Below, piece after piece: positions 56,262 through 64,000 of a stretch of DNA of 64,000 nt. Every line of letters begins with the position of its first letter. Positions within the stretch are counted from its first letter, which is position 1. Location of the stretch: positions 1-64,000 of IMG/VR virus record IMGVR_UViG_3300032285_000892. One strand, 5' to 3'. The notes below the pieces were generated by a model. The model saw nothing but the letters and a program-made list of their open reading frames with translations, had not been told where the DNA came from and did no database searches. A program made the position numbers and the translations under genes. The stretch comes from a virus.

Positions 56262-59063
56262 ATGGCTTCATTTACAGATTCCATATCGCAATTCAACCCC
56301 TACATACAACAGCTTCCTGTTGATATGATGACAAAGGTGGGCATGTATAAACAAGCTCAGTACGATCAGGGTGTGCAAAAAATTCAAGGATATATTGATA
56401 ACATCTCAGGATTAGATATTTCTAGACCTATTGATTCTCAATACTTAAATTCTAAGCTTAATGAATTAGGCGGTAAATTAAGAACAGTTGCTGCTGGAGA
56501 TTTTTCAAATCAGCAATTAGTCAACTCTGTTGGTGGTATGGCCGCACAGGTTATTAAAGATCCTCATATTCAATCTGCTGTATATTCAACTTCTAATATT
56601 AAAAAACAAGAAGAGGTAATGGATAAAGCTAGACAGAAAGGTGAACTAGCTCCAGAGAATGAAGACTTATATAATACAGAAAGAAACAAGTATTTAAATT
56701 CTACAGATTTAGGTGCAAAGTTTGATGGTAAATATATTCCTTATGTAGATGTATATAAGATCTTAAAAGAAGTTGCTGCAGATACAGGCATTGATGAGAG
56801 CATTATTCCACAGTTATTTGAAACAGATCGTAAAGGTGAGCTTGTAATGCAAAAGGTTAAGCAAGCTGATGGTAGTATTAAAGAACAACCCATCATGAAT
56901 CCTTTAATGGCAGAGAAACATCTTAAAGGTAAGTCTCCTGAGAAGATCTATCAAGCATTTGAGAACGCATTAACTCCTGCTGCAAGAAGACAATTAGCTA
57001 TTACAGGTATATATAAAAACAAAAGTTTAACTCCTGAACAACTTGTTCCTAGAGCTGCTGTTAAATACAATAAACATATTCAAGAAGTTTCATCTGAGAT
57101 TGATCAAATCAAACTAGCATTATATAATGAGGATAATGGTGATGATAAAAACTTAACAAAAGTACAAGATCTTGCTGAAGCATATCAGAATAGTAATAAG
57201 GTATTAGATAAACTTATTAGTGAAAGAGATAAAAATACTAACATTGATTATGTTACTAAAAATGCTGATGCTGTAAGAGCTGATCTTTATAGCACTGATT
57301 ATCTACAAGGCATTGCTAATCAAATGAAGAGTGTTGCTTCATGGACTGAATACAAAGTTAGTCCATTGCATACTATTCAAAACGATAATGATAACTTAGC
57401 TTTAAGAATTGAAGAAAAAGAAATAAGTATTAATCAATTCAATTACAAAAAACGTAGAGATATAATTGCTGATGAAAAATGGGCAGCAGAATATTATGCT
57501 AAGACTGGAATGACTCCTGATCAAGCAGCAAGACAAGCTGCAGGATTAGGTGCGCCAGGTACTATTTCAAAACCTTTAGTTATTGAAGGAAATGAAATTG
57601 GTATCAAACATGATTTTGAAAATGATTTTACAAATGATGTAGTTGCAACAAATCAACTTGGTTTACAATTAACAAAAGAATTTTATAAACAAGCTTTTCC
57701 TAATTTAAGTGATTCAGAAGTAGATAAAAAGATGTATAAAGATGCTGCTGCATCTGGTCAATCACTTGATCCAAATTCTGGAAAACAAAATTCCATGACT
57801 ACTTTTTATGCTAATAAAATGTTAGCTAAGTGGCAAAATCAAAAAGGAGGTATTCCTAAGAACATGCTTGAGTCAGTAAATGACTATAGTCAATTAGTTA
57901 AATCAGTTGCTGACAAAGGTAATTATATTCGAACTGTAGAAAAAAGAGCTCTTGAAGAAGCCAAGGCGTCAGGTATTGATGTTGAAAGTTATAAAAATGC
58001 AATAGCTACTGTAAAGCCTGCTATTATGAAAATAATTGATCCTAGTATTCCTCAAACAGGTATTGCAAAACGTAATAAATCTGTTGCATTGAGTAAAGAA
58101 GATGTAATAGATTTTACTAGAATAATTCCAGAACGCTTTAATGAGCTTGGTTCATTTACAATAGATGATGATCAAGAATCTGCTAAGAGACAAGCAATAA
58201 ATAGATTAAAGTTAAAGTTTGGAGATTTAGTTTTTTATCAATTAGCAGAAGATTTAACTGGTAAAAACTTTGATCCTAATTTTAAAGAACGTCTTAAATT
58301 TAATAAAGTTGCACTACAGTCAGGAGCCAATCCTGAAATAGATAGAGTAGGAGAGATATTACATGGTTCAAAAAATCTAGCTATATCAAAAATAATAGGA
58401 TCTACTTATGCTAAAGATGGTTACGTACCAGTCCCTGTATCTCATCCTATATTATCAGGTAAAGATAATGAAGGTGTTGTAACTGCTAAGCAAGCTGCTA
58501 TTATTGGTAAGTATCCAGAAGCTAATGAAATAGAAGGATATGATCAAGCAAAATATAATGAAGTGTTAGGTGGAAAAATAACAGGACGTTATGTAGATAT
58601 TAATATGGTGGGGGGAGTTCCTCAATATGATATGGTAACTGTTTCTGATAAAGGAACTGCTAAAGTTAGAATCAGTGCTGACGACTATGCATCATTAGGA
58701 TATAAGCCTTATAATAAAAATGAGACTCCTACAATGTTCCTTAATCTAAATGCTACTGGAACAACTAATAAGAAACCTTCATCAGATGCTCGTACAGATC
58801 GTACTACTGCAGAGTGGGGAGTTAGTCAATTTAAAAGAACAAAGAAATGGGATGTTGCTGGAGATATAGTTTCAGAACCAAGAAATCCTAATCTTGCTTA
58901 TGTAAAGTTATATGTATCAAAAAAAGGAAGTAATGAGGTCACTCCATATTTTATTCCAGTACAAAAGATTATAGATGGTAAATTAAATGTTGATTTGGTT
59001 AATACACCATTAACAATCACAGATGATTTTATTGATAACTTAGTAAAACAAAATAACAAGTAA
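56262..59063 (+). CDS. large helical cargo protein
   Basis: 933 aa; N-terminal YIQQLPVD...QYDQG; immediately upstream of the giant ORF, as in crAss-like cargo/RNAP blocks. Confidence 0.6.
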   Translation: MASFTDSISQFNPYIQQLPVDMMTKVGMYKQAQYDQGVQKIQGYIDNISGLDISRPIDSQYLNSKLNELGGKLRTVAAGDFSNQQLVNSVGGMAAQVIKDPHIQSAVYSTSNIKKQEEVMDKARQKGELAPENEDLYNTERNKYLNSTDLGAKFDGKYIPYVDVYKILKEVAADTGIDESIIPQLFETDRKGELVMQKVKQADGSIKEQPIMNPLMAEKHLKGKSPEKIYQAFENALTPAARRQLAITGIYKNKSLTPEQLVPRAAVKYNKHIQEVSSEIDQIKLALYNEDNGDDKNLTKVQDLAEAYQNSNKVLDKLISERDKNTNIDYVTKNADAVRADLYSTDYLQGIANQMKSVASWTEYKVSPLHTIQNDNDNLALRIEEKEISINQFNYKKRRDIIADEKWAAEYYAKTGMTPDQAARQAAGLGAPGTISKPLVIEGNEIGIKHDFENDFTNDVVATNQLGLQLTKEFYKQAFPNLSDSEVDKKMYKDAAASGQSLDPNSGKQNSMTTFYANKMLAKWQNQKGGIPKNMLESVNDYSQLVKSVADKGNYIRTVEKRALEEAKASGIDVESYKNAIATVKPAIMKIIDPSIPQTGIAKRNKSVALSKEDVIDFTRIIPERFNELGSFTIDDDQESAKRQAINRLKLKFGDLVFYQLAEDLTGKNFDPNFKERLKFNKVALQSGANPEIDRVGEILHGSKNLAISKIIGSTYAKDGYVPVPVSHPILSGKDNEGVVTAKQAAIIGKYPEANEIEGYDQAKYNEVLGGKITGRYVDINMVGGVPQYDMVTVSDKGTAKVRISADDYASLGYKPYNKNETPTMFLNLNATGTTNKKPSSDARTDRTTAEWGVSQFKRTKKWDVAGDIVSEPRNPNLAYVKLYVSKKGSNEVTPYFIPVQKIIDGKLNVDLVNTPLTITDDFIDNLVKQNNK

Positions 59064-62000
59064 TGGCAGATCAATTACCAGAGCAATTAAAACCTGTAAA
59101 CTTAGCGGCATACATGCCTAGTAGAGTACCAGATCTTTCTGCACTAGTACAGAGTGGTAATGTTGGTGGAGGTGAGCCAGATTTAGATATTGCAAGTCAG
59201 TTTCAATCTCTTATATCTCAAAACTCTAGCAAAGGTAATCCTCTGCCTGTGGTCTCTGGTGGTGATGTAGATTTTTCTGGTCGTTACCCATTGTTCTATA
59301 CAGATAGAGACAATGAAGAAATGTATGCTCAAGCTCAAAGCTTTGGTGAAAAAGCATACAATGGTATTGCTAAGTTTACTGGTGTCACTACAGCAGCATT
59401 TCTTAATGGTACTGTTGGAGTAGTTGATGGTATATATAGTGCTATACATGATTGGGATGCTTCTAAGTTTTGGAAGAATGATACATCTATAGCTCTAAAT
59501 GATTGGACTAAGAATATGGAAGATTCTTACGCACATTATAAAACATTGCGTGAGAGAAACGGTAACTGGTGGGAGCCTGAGAATTTATTCACAGGTAATA
59601 TGTTCTTTGATAATATTGTAAAGAATTTAGGATACACTGTAGGTTCTATGGGAGCTGGAGTTGTCTGGGGAGGAGCATTGGGTCTTATTGGTAAAGCTGC
59701 AAAGTTATCTGCATATGGTACTGAAGCTGCTTCTATAGCAGATAGTATTATTGCTGAAGGTGCTATGACAGGAGATGCAGCATCTATTGCTTCTAGTTCA
59801 GCCAAACTTGATGGAGCATTATCTAGTTTCCAAGCTAAGCTTGGTAAAGCTATGTTAGGATCAAATAGAGCAATAGTTGCTGCTACAGGTACTGCTGGTG
59901 AAGCAGGCTTTGAAGCATTGAATAACTCTCAAGAATTCAGACAAAGAATGATTGATCAATTTAAAGCTACTCATGGTTATTCTCCTACAGAAGAAGATTT
60001 AAAAACAATTGATCAGTATGCTACTAGTGTTGGTAACTATAGCTGGTTAGCTAATTCAGCTTTGTTAACTGCTACTAACTATATCCAACTTCCTAAGATA
60101 TTCTCATCTACATTCAAAGGTGAAAGATCTATTGCCAACACAATGCTCAGTGAAGGTAAGTGGGTATCTTCTTTAGCTGATAAAGGTATTGGAAAGTTTG
60201 CAACTAAGGCAAAGAACGTTGCTGGTTTATTCTTTGCTAAATCAGAAGCATTTGAAGAAGGTGCACAGTTTGCTATTCAAACTGGTACACAAAATTACTT
60301 TGATAAAAAATACAAAGGTGAAGGTGCATCTATTCTTAATGATGCAATTGGACATGGTATTAAAGAAGCAGTAAGCACAGATGAAGGTTTATTAAATATC
60401 TTTCTTGGTGGTTTCTCTGGAGGTATGTCCATGGCTTATGGTAATATCAAACAAAGAGGAGTAACAGGATATGGTGGTCAAGAAGCTAAACTTAGAAACG
60501 AAGCTCTTGGTGCTTGGAAAGATTCAATGCTTACTGATAAACTTAAAGCATCTGTCAATGATATCAGGATTGCTGAAGCTGTACAAGAAGAAAGGAAGCA
60601 GGCTATTATTGATAACGACATTCAATTAGCTAAAGATAAAGAGTTTGATTACGCACATACATTTATCAGATCTCGTTTGAGATATGGTGCTAAAGAAGCT
60701 ATCGATGCAGAAATTGCTGACTTAAAGCAACGTGCTATAACTGATTTCATCAAGTTACAGACAGAAGGTATAGCTGCTAATACAGATACAAAAGAAGCAT
60801 TCTTAAATCGTTTAGAAACAGTTCAGCAACAAGCTAATGATGCTGCTAAGTTAAAAGAAGCTCTTGATGTTAAATACAAAGGCATTGTTGATCCTACTAC
60901 AGGCAAACGTGCATACTCAGATGCTACTCTTGAGAAGTTATTATATGCTGGATCTAAGATCTCAGATTACAATAGACGTATCCCTCAACTAGATCAATCA
61001 TTAGCTTCTTATGGAATCAGTACAACTGATGCATTAACTGAAGTGGTAGATACAGGAACTCTTTCTAAGGAAACTCAGGATGAGGTAATGAATGCTATTC
61101 AATCATTAACTAAATCTGGTATAGATTCTGATATTCAAGATACACTTACTACAGACTTCAACGACATGATGAAGCTTGGTGTATTAAGAAAGAAGTTCTT
61201 AGAAGAATACAACAACCTTAAAACTACTCCTGAGAAGTTTGATAAACTAGATGAGAAGGCTGAAGAAGATAATAAGCCAGTAGATGAGAATGCTCCTAAA
61301 GAAGTTGTAACATACAAGAACGAAGAAGGAGAAGATGCTACACTTGATACTAATGAAGAGTATTACATTGGTACAGAAGCTAAGAACCGTAAAGATAAAA
61401 CTGTTTATAGCTTCAAGAAGTTTACAGTATTGGGTGAGAATGAAGACGGTACCATTAAGGTTAAGACTGACGAAGGCGAAATAAAAAGTATTGACAAATC
61501 TTGGTTTACTGATAATGGTAAATACTTAGGTAAGACTAGTGATGTTAAAGCTGATCCAAAGAAAAGATTCTTTTTAAATAATAGAAACACTGTTTACACT
61601 TTTAACTTTGGTAAAGATAAAGGTGGAGAAGTAAATGGACGATTGAGATATTCTGAGAAAGAAGGAGTATTAGAATTTGTTTATCTAGATAAGAAAGGAA
61701 AAGAAAGATCTCTTGAAGTTACAGGTGATCAGTTTACACCTAAGCCAGGATATAAGCAAGCAATCATTCGTGCAACAGCAGTAATGTCCCCATTACAAAA
61801 AGCTTCAGAAGAAGAGTTCATTGCAGATTCTAAAAACGATCCTCGTGTATTAGAAAAAATTGCAAAACGTGCTGCCTTGTTAGAGACATTCTTTGATGAG
61901 ATGGCTGAGAATCTTGCTAAGACTAAACGTATGGTTGAGTCTAAGAAAAGAGAACTCAACAAAACAGTAGAGAAGATCAAAGGTTTAAGAAAAACAGTGG

Positions 62001-64000
62001 AGGGCCCTGAGGCAATCACTGCTAAAACTAAACGGATTAAAGCTACTGTTCACACTGCTATTCAAAACATTGCATCCTTAACAAAGATGCAAGATCAGTT
62101 AAATGACGAGATCAAAAGTCTTGAAGCAGAACAAGAGCAATTAGAAATCAATCTTGAGTATGTAACTGACTTAGCTTCTAGGTTAGATGAAATGCCAGCA
62201 GATCTTACTAAGTTCTATGCTGTTGTTAGACAAGAACGCAATGCATTAAAAGAAACCATATTAGAAAAAGGTAAGTTGATGAACGCTCTCCATAGAGTTA
62301 TGGAGAACTTAGAATCTGCTCTTCAAAGCTTGATTAATCAAGTGATGGATTTGATTGGTGGTTTTGAAACTAAGTATCCTGGCTTACCAATGAGTGCAAG
62401 TCAGATCAGTGAGTTCTTAACATACTTTAAAGGTAAGCCTTGGGAAAGACCTTCCTTCATGAGCGTACATCCTGAGCTTATTCCTGACTTACAAGAACTA
62501 GATGCAGAGGTTGCACAAATTGATGAGATACAGATTACTCCTAAACAAGCTGCTATTGATAAAACATTAGAAGACATTATTACTTTAGAAGAGGAACTCA
62601 CTCAATTAGATAAACAATTAAAAGCTGTTAGTGAAGTAGATACAAGACTTAGAAAGATCTATGATGAGTATGTAGCTGGAATAAAGGAGACTGAAGACAT
62701 CAAGAAAAACAAGGAGTTAAAAGAACAGGCTTTAGGAACTATTGATAATAGTTTAGCTAATGTTCAATATGATAGAGCGTATAACCCTAGTAGTAAAAAA
62801 GCTACTGCAGTTATTCCTAATGCTACAATTGCTCCTTCTGAAGAATCTGAAGGTAAGCCATTAGCTGAACATCATTTACGTGCTAACTTGTTTGGTGCTA
62901 AGCTAGAAAATCTTCCTAATAGAGGAAACATTCAAGCTGTATATGTAACTAAAGGTAATGAAGCTGAGTTAGGATTACCTGGCTTAATGGATGATCTTAA
63001 AGGAGACGCTGAAGGATTCTCTTCTAGTGATACTATTGCAATTGTAATGGTACAGATGGTAGATGGTAAACCACGTCCTGTAGGAATTGATGGTGAAGTA
63101 TTAGAAACTCCTAGCTTTGAGAATGCTATCTTCCAAGTAAAACCCACTGCTGAAAAGCTTGGTGATTTGTTTAGAGATGAGAAAGAAGGTGGCCCAACTA
63201 AAGATCAAAAGGATTTTATTGTTAATGAATACAGAGCTTGGAGAAAAGAAACTTTAGCAAATCCTTCATTAACTGCTTATCCTGTTGATGCATCGTTTGG
63301 TATTCCTGTACGTGAATCTTCATTAGATAGTGAACAAAACAAAGTGATTGATTACACTGCTTCTACAGACGTAGTGTCTGCAGGACTTGTTGCTTCTAAT
63401 GATAAGAAGAATGATCTTTCTACTAAGCAATTAGTCACTGTACCTACAACAGAAGGCACGTTAAACCAAGGAACAACTAGCTATGCTAATCCAGTTGGTA
63501 GACCATTCTTGACTCTACCTAATGGTAATGTACCATTGAAAAATAGAAACCTTACTAAGGCTGAAGCTGAGACAATCTATCAAGCTCTATTAAGACTTGC
63601 TATGCTTAAAAACTTCAAGTCTGATGAGGCTGTTAGATTAATGGACTGGTTGAGAACTATTGTATATTGGGGAGTTCCTAAAAACAATCCAGGATACAGC
63701 AGCTTATTCTTTAATGTTAAAGAAGATGGTACGTTAGCATTGTTTATCTCTGGTAAGGGAACAAACATTCCTTTCACTACATCTTCTATCAAATCTAATA
63801 AAGATAATCTATTAACTCTTCTAGGAGGTATGTATAACAATACCAATTCTAGATTAGTAGATAATGAAGAAGACTATAGAAAACCTTATGAGGAGATTGT
63901 ATCTGTCTCTGAGGATGGCACTGTTCAATCTGTAACATGGAAGAACTACCAAACCTATCTATTGTCTCCTAAGAATCCTGATGGATCAATTCGTAAGAAT
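59063..64000 (+). CDS. giant virion cargo protein, probably the virion RNA polymerase-bearing polyprotein; 3' end lies outside the window
   Basis: Starts MADQLPEQ at the TAATG overlap. The frame was spot-checked as open at 59063-59440, ~61200, ~62400 and 63960-64000 (at least 1646 codons). No RNAP catalytic motif was seen within the window, so the function is inferred from context. Confidence 0.6.
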   Translation, partial: MADQLPEQLKPVNLAAYMPSRVPDLSALVQSGNVGGGEPDLDIASQFQSLISQNSSKGNPLPVVSGGDVDFSGRYPLFYTDRDNEEMYAQAQSFGEKAYNGIAKFTGVTTAAFLNGTVGVVDGIYSAIHDWDASKFWKNDTSIALNDWTKNMEDSYAHYKTLRERNGNWWEPENLFTGNMFFDNIVKNLGYTVGSMGAGVVWGGALGLIGKAAKLSAYGTEAASIADSIIAEGAMTGDAASIASSSAKLDGALSSFQAKLGKAMLGSNRAIVAATGTAGEAGFEALNNSQEFRQRMIDQFKATHGYSPTEEDLKTIDQYATSVGNYSWLANSALLTATNYIQLPKIFSSTFKGERSIANTMLSEGKWVSSLADKGIGKFATKAKNVAGLFFAKSEAFEEGAQFAIQTGTQNYFDKKYKGEGASILNDAIGHGIKEAVSTDEGLLNIFLGGFSGGMSMAYGNIKQRGVTGYGGQEAKLRNEALGAWKDSMLTDKLKASVNDIRIAEAVQEERKQAIIDNDIQLAKDKEFDYAHTFIRSRLRYGAKEAIDAEIADLKQRAITDFIKLQTEGIAANTDTKEAFLNRLETVQQQANDAAKLKEALDVKYKGIVDPTTGKRAYSDATLEKLLYAGSKISDYNRRIPQLDQSLASYGISTTDALTEVVDTGTLSKETQDEVMNAIQSLTKSGIDSDIQDTLTTDFNDMMKLGVLRKKFLEEYNNLKTTPEKFDKLDEKAEEDNKPVDENAPKEVVTYKNEEGEDATLDTNEEYYIGTEAKNRKDKTVYSFKKFTVLGENEDGTIKVKTDEGEIKSIDKSWFTDNGKYLGKTSDVKADPKKRFFLNNRNTVYTFNFGKDKGGEVNGRLRYSEKEGVLEFVYLDKKGKERSLEVTGDQFTPKPGYKQAIIRATAVMSPLQKASEEEFIADSKNDPRVLEKIAKRAALLETFFDEMAENLAKTKRMVESKKRELNKTVEKIKGLRKTVEGPEAITAKTKRIKATVHTAIQNIASLTKMQDQLNDEIKSLEAEQEQLEINLEYVTDLASRLDEMPADLTKFYAVVRQERNALKETILEKGKLMNALHRVMENLESALQSLINQVMDLIGGFETKYPGLPMSASQISEFLTYFKGKPWERPSFMSVHPELIPDLQELDAEVAQIDEIQITPKQAAIDKTLEDIITLEEELTQLDKQLKAVSEVDTRLRKIYDEYVAGIKETEDIKKNKELKEQALGTIDNSLANVQYDRAYNPSSKKATAVIPNATIAPSEESEGKPLAEHHLRANLFGAKLENLPNRGNIQAVYVTKGNEAELGLPGLMDDLKGDAEGFSSSDTIAIVMVQMVDGKPRPVGIDGEVLETPSFENAIFQVKPTAEKLGDLFRDEKEGGPTKDQKDFIVNEYRAWRKETLANPSLTAYPVDASFGIPVRESSLDSEQNKVIDYTASTDVVSAGLVASNDKKNDLSTKQLVTVPTTEGTLNQGTTSYANPVGRPFLTLPNGNVPLKNRNLTKAEAETIYQALLRLAMLKNFKSDEAVRLMDWLRTIVYWGVPKNNPGYSSLFFNVKEDGTLALFISGKGTNIPFTTSSIKSNKDNLLTLLGGMYNNTNSRLVDNEEDYRKPYEEIVSVSEDGTVQSVTWKNYQTYLLSPKNPDGSIRKN

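Noticed and set aside
20885-63846. Minus-strand ORFs antisense to structural genes (e.g. 23113-23451, 27455-27925, 45459-45866, 61729-62019)
   Set aside because: Antisense shadows of strongly supported plus-strand CDSs
1-64000. Stop-codon reassignment (TAG or TGA), known in some crAss-like phages
   Set aside because: Core genes are full-length in the standard code; TAG ends MCP at 30228 and TGA is used in many ATGA overlaps
1-64000. tRNA genes, CRISPR array, integrase, reverse transcriptase / diversity-generating retroelement
   Set aside because: I saw no cloverleaf with a TTCGA arm, no regularly spaced repeats, and no integrase or RT motifs. The duplicated 20-mer at ~38.5 and ~39.0 kb is an in-frame protein repeat, not an adenine-specific TR/VR pair. 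A by-eye scan can miss divergent tRNAs.

Overview
This 64 kb window is part of a lytic, crAss-like (Crassvirales-type) podophage genome read in the standard genetic code. The host is probably a Bacteroidota species, judged from TAnnTTTG promoter boxes, A-rich leaders without Shine-Dalgarno sequences, and small lipoproteins with signal peptides. There are two divergent modules. The minus strand (about 1-20,362) carries an rIIA-like GHKL ATPase cut by the window edge, a uracil-DNA glycosylase homolog with a remodelled active site, a DUF932-like protein, primase, a probable SSB, an AAA NTPase, an SF2 helicase, a DnaB-like helicase, a family B DNA polymerase and many small accessory genes. The plus strand (about 20,805-64,000) carries terminase, portal, a scaffold-like protein, major capsid protein, ring/adaptor proteins, a collagen-like fibre, a Cys-rich protein, a Thr/Ser-rich protein, a metallophosphoesterase, the tail 'muzzle' protein and very large ejected-cargo proteins; the last of these runs off the window. 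The most notable observations are: (1) an ORF-free, ~420 nt, highly structured minus-strand ncRNA candidate at ~19,100-19,520; (2) the UNG-fold enzyme with GQDPYH changed to GMCPYH; (3) cargo proteins built as modules between recurrent GG/NG motifs, carrying three candidate peptidoglycan hydrolase domains and the same GWLDKY motif at both ends; (4) a DUF11-like domain with an intact Lys/Asp/Asn isopeptide triad; (5) a structured RNA element after the capsid gene. All assignments come from reading motifs by eye; no database search or folding program was run.
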